64,000 bases of DNA from Sulfurimonas sp. (GTDB lineage: Bacteria > Campylobacterota > Campylobacteria > Campylobacterales > Sulfurimonadaceae). The first letter of the stretch is position 1. The number at the start of each line of letters is the position of its first letter. The notes beneath the pieces were generated by a model, which searched no databases, was not told the origin of the DNA, and worked only from the letters and a program-made list of their open reading frames with translations. The translations under genes were made by a program, and so were the position numbers. Positions 17,344 through 27,727 of the stretch are shown here, piece after piece. The stretch lies in NCBI RefSeq assembly GCF_041563495.1, contig NZ_JBFFMZ010000011.1, positions 11,108 through 75,107 of the forward strand, read 5' to 3'.

Positions 17344-18423
17344 ATGAGCAAAGGCATATTAGATATTGTAAAACCGGGTGTCCTTTTTGGAGATGATGTA
17401 CAAAAAGTTTACAACATGGCAAAGGAGGTTGGTTTTGCTATTCCTGCAGTTAATGTTGTATCAACTGATTCTATAAATGCAGTGTTGGAAGCTGCAGCAA
17501 AAGTGAAATCTCCTGTAATTATTCAGTTTAGTAATGGCGGAGCTTCATATTATGCAGGTAAAGGTTTAAGTAACGAGAATGAAAAAGCTGCAATTATCGG
17601 TGCAGTATCCGGTGCTAAACATGTTCACATGATGGCAGAGGCTTACGGGGTTGCTGTAATACTTCACACAGACCACGCGGCTAAAAAACTACTTCCTTGG
17701 ATAGATGCGCTTTTAGAAGCAGGTGAGAAGCATTTTGCTCACACGGGTAAAGCACTTTATTCTTCACATATGTTAGACCTTTCAGAAGAACCGTTGGAAG
17801 AAAATATCTCAATATGTAAAGCATATTTAGAGCGCATGAGTAAAATAGGCATGAGCATAGAGATAGAACTCGGGGTAACAGGCGGAGAAGAAGACGGTGT
17901 TGACAATACTAACATCGATAATGCTCTTTTATATACTCAGCCAGAAGAAGTCGCTTATGCATATGAGGAGTTAAGTAAAGTATCTCCAGATTTTACAATC
18001 GCTGCTTCATTTGGAAATGTACATGGCGTTTATAAGCCGGGTAATGTAATGCTTACACCTAAAATATTGGATAATTCTCAAAAATATATTCAAGAAAAAT
18101 TCAATACAGAAGCTAAGCCTGTAAACTTCGTATTTCACGGTGGTTCTGGTTCACTTCCAAGTGAAATAAGTGAAGCAATCAGTTATGGTGTTATTAAAAT
18201 GAATATAGATACTGATACTCAGTGGGCTACCTGGGTCGGGACAAAAGAATATATTGAAAAATACAATGCTTACCTACAAGGTCAAATCGGTAACCCTGAA
18301 GGTGAGGATAAACCAAATAAGAAATATTATGACCCTAGAAAGTGGTTAAGAGCAGGACAAGAGACTCTGGTTGCTCGTGTAGAGGAAGCCTTCGCTGACT
18401 TAAACGCACTAAACAGAAACTAA
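17344..18423 (+). CDS. fba: Class II fructose-bisphosphate aldolase
   Basis: 359 aa. Full-length match in pattern to FbaA-type class II aldolases (AVNVVSTDS.., HTDHAAKK, FVFHGGSGS). Confidence 0.95.
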   Translation: MSKGILDIVKPGVLFGDDVQKVYNMAKEVGFAIPAVNVVSTDSINAVLEAAAKVKSPVIIQFSNGGASYYAGKGLSNENEKAAIIGAVSGAKHVHMMAEAYGVAVILHTDHAAKKLLPWIDALLEAGEKHFAHTGKALYSSHMLDLSEEPLEENISICKAYLERMSKIGMSIEIELGVTGGEEDGVDNTNIDNALLYTQPEEVAYAYEELSKVSPDFTIAASFGNVHGVYKPGNVMLTPKILDNSQKYIQEKFNTEAKPVNFVFHGGSGSLPSEISEAISYGVIKMNIDTDTQWATWVGTKEYIEKYNAYLQGQIGNPEGEDKPNKKYYDPRKWLRAGQETLVARVEEAFADLNALNRN

Positions 18424-18436
18424 GATTTGAAGGCTT

Positions 18437-18793
18437 TTAGGCCTTTAAATCGTGATATATATCTTTTATACAGCTTGTATGAGAATTTTCTAAATGATAA
18501 TAATTTATAAGTTGGTTTAGCCTGTTTTGGTTAAATCTCCAAAATCTTTTCCCATCAAAATTTTCGTCACTCTTTACCTTTTCAAAAAGCTCGCTATGAC
18601 TTAACTCTCCTTTATTCTCTTTTATTACCTTTAGTATTACTTTTAAAAGTTCTTCCTGTGATTCTTTTGTTGTGTCATCATCTGCCAACGGTTTATTTGG
18701 TAAAAAGGCATAAATTTTCCAGACGCTTATTATGAAGAGCAGAACAAAAAATATCAGCATCCATGTAGAAGTAGTCATTGTGTATTCTCTCAT
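18437..18793 (-). CDS. Small membrane-anchored hypothetical protein
   Basis: 118 aa. One N-terminal TM helix (WMLIFFVLLFIISVWKIYAF) and a charged soluble domain. Confidence 0.45.
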   Translation of the reverse strand: MREYTMTTSTWMLIFFVLLFIISVWKIYAFLPNKPLADDDTTKESQEELLKVILKVIKENKGELSHSELFEKVKSDENFDGKRFWRFNQNRLNQLINYYHLENSHTSCIKDIYHDLKA

Positions 18794-18835
18794 TACTTAT
18801 TTATTAATTGGCAACATTTTAGCTAAAATACGATT

Positions 18836-19543
18836 ATGAATGATAAAGTTTTTACAAAACCAATAAAAAAACAATTTGAGTTTGATGAAGAGGTCGCTGC
18901 AGTATTTGACGATATGCTTGAGAGAAGTGTGCCCTTTTATAAAGAGTCGCAGAAGATTACGGAATTTTTTGCATTAAAACATCTTAAAGAGGAATCTGTT
19001 CTTTATGACCTAGGCTCATCGACAGCATCTCTTCTTATTAATATCAGCAGAAAACTCAGCTGTGATGCAAGACTTGTAGGCTTAGACAACTCAGAAGCCA
19101 TGCTGGAACAAGCCAGAAAAAAATGTGTTGCATTTGGTGCTGATATAGAGTTACAAAATGCTGACATACTTGAATATGATTATAAAGAAGCGGATGTTTT
19201 TATAAGCAACTATACTTTGCAGTTCATTCGTCCGCTTGTTAGAGAAGAACTGGTTAAAAAGATAAACGCGTCACTAAAAAAAGATGGTGTCTTTATCTTC
19301 AGTGAAAAGGTTATAAGTCATCACTCAAAACTAAATAAAGACCTTATAGAATGCTACTATGATTTTAAAAAAGAGCAGGGCTACTCAGAATATGAGATAA
19401 TGCAAAAAAGAGAAGCTCTGGAAAATGTTCTGGTTCCATACAGTGAAGATGAGAATATTAAGATGGCTAAAAATTGTGGTTTTTCACACTGTGAGGTAGT
19501 CTTTCGCTGGGCAAATTTCGCCACATTCATAGCTATAAAGTAA
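18836..19543 (+). CDS. cmoA: Carboxy-S-adenosyl-L-methionine synthase
   Basis: 235 aa. Class I methyltransferase fold ([10 protein letters not shown]) with the CmoA-like N-terminus [20 protein letters not shown]. Confidence 0.8.
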   Translation: MNDKVFTKPIKKQFEFDEEVAAVFDDMLERSVPFYKESQKITEFFALKHLKEESVLYDLGSSTASLLINISRKLSCDARLVGLDNSEAMLEQARKKCVAFGADIELQNADILEYDYKEADVFISNYTLQFIRPLVREELVKKINASLKKDGVFIFSEKVISHHSKLNKDLIECYYDFKKEQGYSEYEIMQKREALENVLVPYSEDENIKMAKNCGFSHCEVVFRWANFATFIAIK

Positions 19544-19560
19544 ACTTACTTCATATTTCT

Positions 19561-19606
19561 GCATTAGTTTATTTCAATTGGCTACAGCCAATCTTCAATA
19601 AACTGC
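19561..19606. repeat. Nested-hairpin intergenic element, copy A
   Basis: Outer stem AGTTTATT(19566-73)/AATAAACT(19597-604) plus GC/GC closure across a 3-nt ATT bulge. Inner stem ATTGGC/GCCAAT (19577-82/19587-92). The flanks CTGC..GCCTTG.AACTA are shared with the copy at 38913-38977. Confidence 0.5.
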
Positions 19607-19654
19607 CTTGAACTATTTTGTAATTTTAATTTCTAGCAACAAATGGCACTTCCT

Positions 19655-19918
19655 TTACCAGACATTGCCTTTTGGTTTTTCTTTTTTACCTGTCCAAACA
19701 TCTACAATTTTTCCACCGGCTTCACCTATCTCTTTGTAAGTGATTATATCGTCCTGACCGCACTCTTTATGGTAGTAGCCTTGCAGGTCGTAGTACTCTT
19801 TGCAGTCGCTGTAGTATTTTGCTGATATTCCGTGTTTATTCACACATCCGCTGAGTACAAGTGTAGTTGAGATAATGCTTAGAATAAGTAGTATAGTTTT
19901 TATCATAATCTTATTCAA
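19655..19918 (-). CDS. Small lipoprotein
   Basis: 87 aa. Signal peptide with lipobox LSGC. Confidence 0.6.
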   Translation of the reverse strand: MNKIMIKTILLILSIISTTLVLSGCVNKHGISAKYYSDCKEYYDLQGYYHKECGQDDIITYKEIGEAGGKIVDVWTGKKEKPKGNVW

Positions 19919-19931
19919 GCATTTTTTATGC

Positions 19932-20573
19932 CTAAACTTTGAAAGTCTCTTTAGTTTTGCAAAATTCTGTTAAAAAACACTCATCACACTTTGGGTTTTT
20001 GGCAGTACAAACATATCTGCCAAAAAGAACCATTCCCTGATGCAGAGCGTGAAGGTCGTTTTTAAATTTTTTTACAAGCGTTGCTTCTGTTTTTATGGCA
20101 GTTTTGTCATCACTTAGTCCAAGTCTGTGAGAAACTCTAAACACATGCGTGTCAACAGCCATAAGGTTAGCTCCCGTGTATTCTATCATCACGACATTTG
20201 CCGTCTTTTGTCCTACACCTGCAAGTGTTATCAGCTCTTTTTCACTCATAGGTATTTCACCATCATAGACTTCAACTACTCTTTTGGCCATTGCTATAAT
20301 GTTTTTAGCCTTGTTGTTGAAAAATGAACAACTGTTAATTAGTGCTTTTACTTCATCTATATCCGCAACTGCCAGTTCTTTGGGACTTGGATATTTGGTA
20401 AATAGCTCAGGTGTAAGCATATTTACTCTTTTATCAGTGCATTGTGCCGATAGCGCAACAGCGACTACCAGCTCATAAGCGTTCTTGTATTCCAGCTCCG
20501 TTACAGCATCGCTGTATCTCTCAATAAAGCGTTTATGGATTTCTAAAATCTCTTTTTTTGTTGCTTTTTTCAT
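19932..20573 (-). CDS. nth: Endonuclease III
   Basis: 213 aa. HhH-GPD motif (LAGVGQKTANVV) and C-terminal 4Fe-4S ligands CTAKNPKCDECFLTEFC. Confidence 0.95.
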   Translation of the reverse strand: MKKATKKEILEIHKRFIERYSDAVTELEYKNAYELVVAVALSAQCTDKRVNMLTPELFTKYPSPKELAVADIDEVKALINSCSFFNNKAKNIIAMAKRVVEVYDGEIPMSEKELITLAGVGQKTANVVMIEYTGANLMAVDTHVFRVSHRLGLSDDKTAIKTEATLVKKFKNDLHALHQGMVLFGRYVCTAKNPKCDECFLTEFCKTKETFKV

Positions 20574-20624
20574 GGACGGTATTTTAGCAACTTATATGAT
20601 ATAATCAAAACAATTATTTTAAAG

Positions 20625-22571
20625 GTGCGCAGGATGGGCATATTTTCGTTTTTCAAAAAACCGCAAGAAGAGATGGAAGAAAAGTACTATTATGGTGATT
20701 ATTTTACAAAAGAATTAATTTGGGATATTGTAGATTCAAACAGTTCGATGATGCTGTTTTTTACAAAAAAAGATGGATGGATTGGGGCAAACAAGCTTTT
20801 TTTCAGAACTTTCGGTTTTAAAAATATAGAAGAATTCCGTCATAGGTATGAGAGTGTAAGAGAACTTTTTCTAAATGAAAGCGAAGAGATATTTACAGAG
20901 GATGATAGAAGTTGGCTCGATTATATAAAAAAATATAAACGTGATGGTTATCACATTTCTGTTTCAACGATTGATGATGTGATGCTGACAATAAATGCCA
21001 AGTGCCATACAGTGCCTAGAGCAAAAGGTTTTTATATCTTAGAGTTAGAAGATATTACAAAACTCCACTTAGCAGAGTTAAAGATTAAAGAGGTTGAAAA
21101 ACTAAAATCAAAATTTTTGTCAAATATCGGTCATGAATTTAGAACACCTATGAATGGAATACTGGGATTTGTCGAACTGCTGCAAGAAACAAATCTAGAT
21201 GCACAACAGGCAGAATATTTGCAGATGATTAGCCGTTCTTCTAAAAACCTTATGTCAAATATAGAGTCACTTTTAGATCTCTCTCAAATGCAAGGTGGAA
21301 GATTAAAGCTTAATCCTTCTGTCTTTTCTATTTCTGCTGAGATGGAAAAAATAGCTTATAACTACTGTATAGTAGGAAGAGATAAGGGTGTCAGTGTTCT
21401 CTCTTTTATAGATCCAAAGCTTCCGAGTGAGTTGAATGCAGATTTTAGAAAAATCAAACAGGTAATGAACTCACTTATTCAAAATGCCATAAAATTTACT
21501 CCAAGAGGCGGCAGAATAGTTGTTGAGGTAAAATTGTTAAAAAGACAGCCTAATGGAGATTGCAGTATAAGTTTTAGTGTAAAAGATAACGGCAGAGGAA
21601 TAGCAAATGAGCAAATAGCACTTATTACTGAGCCGTTTATTGCAGGCAGTCAAGCGGATGAGAGACTTGGTGTAGGGTTGAGCCTTTCTCATGGTTTAGT
21701 AAGTTTACTTGGCTCTGAACTCAAGATTCATAGTGAGGAAGGTTATGGAAGTTATTTTAATTTTACGCTTAATTTTAAAGCTTCAAAAGGTCAATCGTAT
21801 AAGATGATGCCTAAAAAAAGAGTCAAAATTCTACTTCTTGATCCAGCTAGAGTTGACGAAGCGAATTTTCTGACTATATATCTTCGCTCTTTTGCCATAG
21901 ATGTTGTAAAATCAAATATTTTAGATGAGGATGTTTACAGCGGGATTGAGACACTTTATATTGTAGCGGATCAAAAAGATTCGTCATGGATGCTAAAACT
22001 TGGAACATATGCTAAAAAAGCACCTGTGATACTTTTGCTTGATGAGAATGAAAAACTTCAAACAAAACTTACTCATATTGTCGATGGTGTGTTTAGAAAA
22101 CCTCTGCTTCCAAGTTCTGTTGCAAGACAGTTAAATGAAATATATAAGAATAAATTGGAGATAAAAAGAGAAAAAAAAGATGTCTTGAGAAATAACACAT
22201 ATGCATTGGTCGTTGAAGATAATTTGATAAATCAAAGATTGATTCAAATACTTCTTCAAGAGTATAATATTTCAGTCTCAACGGCATTAAATGGAAATGA
22301 AGCAGTAAGTATGTGTGAAAAAAACAAGTATGATATTGTCTTTATGGATATAGATATGCCTGAAAAAAACGGAATCATTGCCACAAAAGAGATAAAAGAA
22401 CAGATAGACCTGAACGGTAAAACACCTATAGTCGCTCTGACCGCAATGGCAATGCAAGGTGACAAAGAAATGTTGTTAAATGAAGGTCTGGATGATTACA
22501 TATCTAAGCCTCTTACACGTGAAAAATTGGAAAATATACTAAATAAATACCTCAAAAGTGTATCTGTTTAA
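20625..22571 (+). CDS. Hybrid sensor histidine kinase (PAS-like, HisKA, HATPase, C-terminal REC)
   Basis: GTG 20625, or ATG 20634 as an alternative start. H-box SNIGHEFRTPMNGILG; ATPase boxes NAIKFTP, KDNGRGI, GVGLSLS. C-terminal receiver ALVVEDN..DIVFMDIDMP..KPL. Confidence 0.85.
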   Translation: MRRMGIFSFFKKPQEEMEEKYYYGDYFTKELIWDIVDSNSSMMLFFTKKDGWIGANKLFFRTFGFKNIEEFRHRYESVRELFLNESEEIFTEDDRSWLDYIKKYKRDGYHISVSTIDDVMLTINAKCHTVPRAKGFYILELEDITKLHLAELKIKEVEKLKSKFLSNIGHEFRTPMNGILGFVELLQETNLDAQQAEYLQMISRSSKNLMSNIESLLDLSQMQGGRLKLNPSVFSISAEMEKIAYNYCIVGRDKGVSVLSFIDPKLPSELNADFRKIKQVMNSLIQNAIKFTPRGGRIVVEVKLLKRQPNGDCSISFSVKDNGRGIANEQIALITEPFIAGSQADERLGVGLSLSHGLVSLLGSELKIHSEEGYGSYFNFTLNFKASKGQSYKMMPKKRVKILLLDPARVDEANFLTIYLRSFAIDVVKSNILDEDVYSGIETLYIVADQKDSSWMLKLGTYAKKAPVILLLDENEKLQTKLTHIVDGVFRKPLLPSSVARQLNEIYKNKLEIKREKKDVLRNNTYALVVEDNLINQRLIQILLQEYNISVSTALNGNEAVSMCEKNKYDIVFMDIDMPEKNGIIATKEIKEQIDLNGKTPIVALTAMAMQGDKEMLLNEGLDDYISKPLTREKLENILNKYLKSVSV

Positions 22572-22621
22572 TAATGGTTAGTATAAAGCCACTAAAATTT
22601 TTTAACTATAAAGGAATATAT

Positions 22622-23452
22622 ATGATGAAAATGACTAAAATCGTTGCTACATTTCTATTGACGAGTACGTTAGTAAGTGCTGCGACGTTGATTACCGTAA
22701 ATGGGACAAAAATCACTCAGCAAGATGTTGATACTGCACTTATGAATGCAACACAAGGCAGATTCAATCAAGTTCCGGCCGATAAACAAGCAGAGTTTAG
22801 AAAACAAGTGTTAGAGCAGCTAATAGCAAAAGAGTTGGTCTTTGGCGATGCAAAAGATACAGGCGTATTAAAGACTAAAGAGTTTAAAGATGAATTTGTA
22901 AAAGTACAAGAGAGAGTTAAAAAAGAACTAGCTATTCAAGTTTGGCAAAAACAACAACTTGATAAAGTGAAAGTTTCAAACAAAGAGCTAAAAAATTATT
23001 ATGACAAAAATAAAGAAGAGTTTAACGAAAAGGCCAGTGTTCACGCTCGTCATATTCTAGTTAAAACGGAAGATGAGGCTAAGAGTATTTTAAAAGATTT
23101 AAAATCTTTAAAGGGTGATGCACTTAAAAACAAGTTTATTGAGCTGGCAAAATCAAAATCAACTGGACCTAGCGGACCAAAAGGTGGAGATTTAGGATAT
23201 TTTGCTAAAGGTCAAATGGTACCTGAATTTAATGATAAAGTATTCAGTATGAAAGTTGGAGAAGTATCAGAGCCGGTTAAAACACAATTTGGTTACCATG
23301 TCATTTATTTAGAAGATAAAAAAGCTAAAAAAACTTTGGCATTTACGGAAGTTAAATCTTTTATCGAACAAAGACTTAAAATGGAAAAATTTAAAGTTGT
23401 AATGCAAGGTAAAATGTTAGAACTTAAAAACAAAGCAAAAATCGAACAATAA
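22622..23452 (+). CDS. Periplasmic parvulin-type PPIase/chaperone (SurA/PEB4-like)
   Basis: Start moved to ATG 22622 (MMKMTKIV, SD AAGGA). Signal peptide. PpiC domain HARHILV..GGDLGYF..GYHVIYL. Confidence 0.85.
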   Translation: MMKMTKIVATFLLTSTLVSAATLITVNGTKITQQDVDTALMNATQGRFNQVPADKQAEFRKQVLEQLIAKELVFGDAKDTGVLKTKEFKDEFVKVQERVKKELAIQVWQKQQLDKVKVSNKELKNYYDKNKEEFNEKASVHARHILVKTEDEAKSILKDLKSLKGDALKNKFIELAKSKSTGPSGPKGGDLGYFAKGQMVPEFNDKVFSMKVGEVSEPVKTQFGYHVIYLEDKKAKKTLAFTEVKSFIEQRLKMEKFKVVMQGKMLELKNKAKIEQ

Positions 23453-23455
23453 AAT

Positions 23456-24310
23456 ATGATTAACTCTCCTATCTCTAAGATTAGATTAGAGGGGAGAGAC
23501 TTTTATGTTAAAAGAGATGATCTCATAGATCCTTTTTTAGCAGGAAACAAGTACAGAAAACTATACACTCTTTTAAAAACACCATCAAATAAACTCAGTA
23601 AAATAATCTCTTACGGCGGAACTCAGTCCAATGCTATGCTTGCAATCGCAGCTATGTGCAAAAGAAAAGGATGGAAGTTTGAATATTACACAAAACCTCT
23701 AAGTATTACGCAGAAAACTTCTAACGTAGGAAATTATTATCACTCCATAAATCTGGGAATGAAGCATATAGAAATAGAGGAAGCTTTATATAGAGATTTT
23801 ATATCTTCACTGTCATTAACGATAGACACCCAAACATTTATAATAGATCAGGGCGGGGCAGTTGAAGAGGCACAAAAAGGGTTGGAAGTTCTGGCACAAG
23901 AGATTACACAAGCAAACGTCAATGTCAAATCTTTAGCAACACCGTCCGGTACAGGAACAACAGCCCTTTTTTTGGCTCTGTCGCTTCCTGAGTTTAAAGT
24001 TTATACAACACCATGTGTAGGAGATGTAAAATATCTAAAAGAGCAGATGCAGGCTCTTCATAAGATACCGGATAATTTAGTCATACTGCAGCCTTCAAAA
24101 AAGCACCATTTTGCAAAACCGTATCCGGAGTTTTTAGAGATTTATAAAAAACTTTTGGCAAGCGGAATTGAATTTGATTTATTATATGCACCGGGCATGT
24201 GGGAAGCTCTTTTGGCTCAAACTGATGAGGAAGTACTATATATTCACAGCGGCGGTGTAAGCGGAAATGAGAGTATGCTAATAAGGTATGAGCAAAAAGG
24301 TTTTAAATAA
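23456..24310 (+). CDS. PLP-dependent ACC deaminase / D-cysteine desulfhydrase family protein
   Basis: 284 aa. RDDLIDPFLAGNKYRKL (PLP lysine motif) and a glycine loop GGVSGN. Confidence 0.7.
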   Translation: MINSPISKIRLEGRDFYVKRDDLIDPFLAGNKYRKLYTLLKTPSNKLSKIISYGGTQSNAMLAIAAMCKRKGWKFEYYTKPLSITQKTSNVGNYYHSINLGMKHIEIEEALYRDFISSLSLTIDTQTFIIDQGGAVEEAQKGLEVLAQEITQANVNVKSLATPSGTGTTALFLALSLPEFKVYTTPCVGDVKYLKEQMQALHKIPDNLVILQPSKKHHFAKPYPEFLEIYKKLLASGIEFDLLYAPGMWEALLAQTDEEVLYIHSGGVSGNESMLIRYEQKGFK

Positions 24311-24980
24311 AAATTATATTATCTTCTAAGGGTACTCTTGAAGGCTGATATGAGTTTATTTTTGCATTCTCATCTGCATAACCTATAACTACGCTGTATA
24401 ACAGTGCGAGGTTCTCTGGAATATTTAAAACATCTGCAACAACTTTTCCATACTCGGTAGTCGAACCTTGCGGACAAGTGTCTAGTCCAAACTCTTTGGC
24501 ACTCAGCATAAGACTTTGCATATATGCTCCGCAATCTATTAGCGCACCTTGAGCATTGTCTATGAGATCCTTATCTGTAAATACAAAAAATACAGTTGAA
24601 GCTCCGAACCATCTAAAATTATCATGCCACATCTGTCTTCTTTTTTCTACGTCTTTTCTATCTACTTCCATTAGGGTATAGAGTCCGACACCGGTTTCGA
24701 TGCGACGTTTTTTATAAGGGTTTTTCCATTTTAAAGGGTAGTATTGTATAAACTGGTCGTGTTCTACTCCGGAATTCATTTTCTCAATTATGGCATCTCC
24801 AATGTTTTGAAGAACATCTTTATCGCTGATGGCATATACAACCCAAGGCTGCATATTTGCCCCGCTTGGTGTCATAGCAGCCGCATTTAGGATTTTTTCT
24901 TGAATCTCTTTAGGTACAGGTTTTGGAAGATATGCTCTCTTTGACGACCGATTTGTAATAGCTTCTAAAATACTTGGCAT
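24303..24980 (-). CDS. Nitroreductase family protein
   Basis: 225 aa. N-terminal RSSKRAY motif and a PSGANMQPW segment typical of NAD(P)H nitroreductases. Confidence 0.8.
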   Translation of the reverse strand: MPSILEAITNRSSKRAYLPKPVPKEIQEKILNAAAMTPSGANMQPWVVYAISDKDVLQNIGDAIIEKMNSGVEHDQFIQYYPLKWKNPYKKRRIETGVGLYTLMEVDRKDVEKRRQMWHDNFRWFGASTVFFVFTDKDLIDNAQGALIDCGAYMQSLMLSAKEFGLDTCPQGSTTEYGKVVADVLNIPENLALLYSVVIGYADENAKINSYQPSRVPLEDNIIFI

Positions 24981-25068
24981 AATGACATTCCTAAGATTTT
25001 TTTAGATTATATGATAAATTAACTAATTTAGATATAAATTGTCTTCTAATGATGAATGACTAAACTAA

Positions 25069-25099
25069 CTTGACACAGGTCGACTCAATTAGATATAAT
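25069..25099 (+). promoter_or_regulatory. clpB promoter with overlapping HspR-type (HAIR-like) inverted repeat
   Basis: CTTGACA-N7-ACTCAAT at 25069-25089, versus the HAIR consensus CTTGAGT-N7-ACTCAAG. -35 TTGACA at 25070-75 and -10 TATAAT at 25094-99 (18-nt spacer). ATG at 25126. Confidence 0.6.
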
Positions 25100-25125
25100 A
25101 ACTACATATTAACTAAGGATATTTT

Positions 25126-27702
25126 ATGAATAACATTTTTGAAAAATTAACACACAATATGACAGAGGCGATAGAGTCTTCTGTCTCTTTAGCATTACAC
25201 AATGAAAATCAAGAGGTGGTTAGCGTACACTTTTTATGGGCACTTTTAACAAACTCAAATTCGGTGCTAAATCAGATGTTTAACAAAATGAACATCGATA
25301 AGGTGGCTATCGAGTTAGATGTAAAAAGTATGAGCGAAAAACTACCAAAGTCTTCTACAGTTTCAAAAGAAAATGTGAAACTCTCCAGAGAGTTTGTGCA
25401 GACACTTGAAAATGGTGTAGGGCTTATGACAAAAAACGGGGATTCGTTTTTAGCAGTAGACACTTACATTCTTGCAAATCTAAAGAATGAACCGTATGCC
25501 GGTATACTTAAAAAATATATTGACGTATCAGAGTTGGCTAAAAACTTAGAAGCTTCACGCGGTGGAGCTAAGATAGACTCACAAAGTTCTGATGAGACTT
25601 TGGAATCGCTGGCTAAGTATGGTATAGATTTGACTGCTGAGGCGGCTGAGGGGAAACTTTCACCTGTTATCGGGAGAGATGAAGAGATTACCCGTATGAT
25701 GCAGATACTTATACGTAAAACAAAAAACAATCCAATGCTCTTAGGTGAACCGGGAGTCGGTAAAACGGCTTTGGTTGAAGGTTTGGCACAGCGTATCAGC
25801 GATAATAAAGTACCTACTTCTCTTCAAAACAAAAGAGTTGTGGCTCTTGACATGAGCGCACTAATAGCTGGTGCTAAATATAGAGGTGAGTTTGAAGACA
25901 GACTTAAGGCTGTAATAGATGAAGTAAAACAAAGCGGGAATATAATCCTTTTTATAGATGAGATTCATACTATCGTCGGTGCCGGGGCTAGTGAAGGAAG
26001 TATGGATGCTGCAAATATTTTAAAGCCGGCGCTTGCTCGTGGTGAGCTTCATACAATCGGTGCTACAACTCTAAAAGAGTATAGAAAGTATTTTGAAAAA
26101 GATATGGCACTTCAAAGAAGGTTCTTGCCGATTAACCTGGATGAGCCGACGGTAAATCAGTCATTACAGATTTTACGCGGGATTAAAGAGCGTTTGGAGA
26201 CACACCACAATGTAACTATCACTGACAGTGCTCTTGTGGCTGCGGCAAAACTCTCTGACAGATATATCGCAGATAGATTTTTACCGGATAAAGCAATCGA
26301 CCTTATTGATGAAGCTGCGGCAGAACTTAAGATGCAGATAGAGTCAGAACCGAATGCTCTTGGCTCTGCAAAAAGAAAAAGCTCTGAGCTTCATGTTGAG
26401 AGAGAAGCTCTAAAGATGGAAAAAACACCTGCAAATGAAAAAAGACTCGGTGAAATAGAAAAAGAACTGGCAGATGTTGATGAAGAAGTCAGAGCTCTCG
26501 AATCACAATTTGCTACTGAAAAAGAGGTTTTTGAGAGAATATCAGGCATTAAAAATGATATTGAGAAAAAAAGAAAAGAAGCTCATACTGCTAAATCAAA
26601 TTCAGAATTTAATCGTGCAGCGGAGATAGAGTACGGTGAGATACCTGCTCTTTTAGAAGAAGAAAAAAAGATAAATGAACAATGGACTAAGTTACAAGAA
26701 GCGGGAACACTGCTAAAAAACAGTGTTGATGAAGAAGCTATCGCATCTATTATTTCAAGATGGACAAAGATTCCTGTAAACAAGATGCTCCAAGGAGATA
26801 AAGAGAAGATTTTAAATGTTGAAGATGAACTAAACCGTGATGTAGTCGGACAGACAAAAGCAACTCATGCAGTCTCTCGTGCCATCAAAAGAAACAAAGC
26901 AGGACTCTCGGATGCTAACACTCCTATAGGAAGCTTTCTCTTTTTAGGACCAACAGGAGTCGGTAAAACACAAACTGCCAAAACATTGGCAAAGTTCTTG
27001 TTTGACAGTGAAGATGCGATGATTCGTATAGACATGAGTGAGTATATGGAGAAACATGCGGTTTCGCGTTTAGTAGGTGCTGCTCCCGGGTATGTCGGTT
27101 ATGAAGAGGGTGGACAGCTCACAGAAGCCGTAAGAAGAAAACCTTACAGTGTAATACTTTTTGACGAAGTAGAAAAAGCACATCCGGATGTTTTTAATAT
27201 ATTACTTCAAGTTCTTGATGATGGAAGACTTACTGACAACAAAGGTGTCACGGTTGATTTTAGCAATACGATTATAATTTTAACATCTAACATCGCAAGT
27301 GATAAAATTATAAATAACCAGGCATCTGATGAGCTAAATGAGATGGTAATGGGTGAATTGAGACAGGCATTTAAACCTGAATTTTTAAATAGACTTGATG
27401 ACATAGTTATCTTTAATGCTCTTGGTCGTGAACAAATAATAGGTATAGTTGATATCTTCTTCAAAGAAATAAGCAAAAAAGTTGAGCAAAGGGATATTGA
27501 ACTAACTTTAAGCAAAGATGCAAAAGCTTACATAGCAGAAGCAGGGTTTGATCCTGTTTACGGAGCAAGACCGCTTAAACGTGCATTGTATGAGATTGTT
27601 GAGGATAGACTTGCGGAGTTGATTTTAGAAGGTAAGGTAGTTGAAGGTTCAAAAGTTTTATTTGATATTAAAGACGGTGAGATAGAAGTTAGCGTGAAGT
27701 AA
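25126..27702 (+). CDS. clpB: ATP-dependent chaperone ClpB
   Basis: 858 aa. Two AAA+ modules ([16 protein letters not shown]) separated by the long coiled-coil middle domain. Confidence 0.97.
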   Translation: MNNIFEKLTHNMTEAIESSVSLALHNENQEVVSVHFLWALLTNSNSVLNQMFNKMNIDKVAIELDVKSMSEKLPKSSTVSKENVKLSREFVQTLENGVGLMTKNGDSFLAVDTYILANLKNEPYAGILKKYIDVSELAKNLEASRGGAKIDSQSSDETLESLAKYGIDLTAEAAEGKLSPVIGRDEEITRMMQILIRKTKNNPMLLGEPGVGKTALVEGLAQRISDNKVPTSLQNKRVVALDMSALIAGAKYRGEFEDRLKAVIDEVKQSGNIILFIDEIHTIVGAGASEGSMDAANILKPALARGELHTIGATTLKEYRKYFEKDMALQRRFLPINLDEPTVNQSLQILRGIKERLETHHNVTITDSALVAAAKLSDRYIADRFLPDKAIDLIDEAAAELKMQIESEPNALGSAKRKSSELHVEREALKMEKTPANEKRLGEIEKELADVDEEVRALESQFATEKEVFERISGIKNDIEKKRKEAHTAKSNSEFNRAAEIEYGEIPALLEEEKKINEQWTKLQEAGTLLKNSVDEEAIASIISRWTKIPVNKMLQGDKEKILNVEDELNRDVVGQTKATHAVSRAIKRNKAGLSDANTPIGSFLFLGPTGVGKTQTAKTLAKFLFDSEDAMIRIDMSEYMEKHAVSRLVGAAPGYVGYEEGGQLTEAVRRKPYSVILFDEVEKAHPDVFNILLQVLDDGRLTDNKGVTVDFSNTIIILTSNIASDKIINNQASDELNEMVMGELRQAFKPEFLNRLDDIVIFNALGREQIIGIVDIFFKEISKKVEQRDIELTLSKDAKAYIAEAGFDPVYGARPLKRALYEIVEDRLAELILEGKVVEGSKVLFDIKDGEIEVSVK

Positions 27703-27727
27703 ATAAAACAGAGGTTATAATTTTGCC

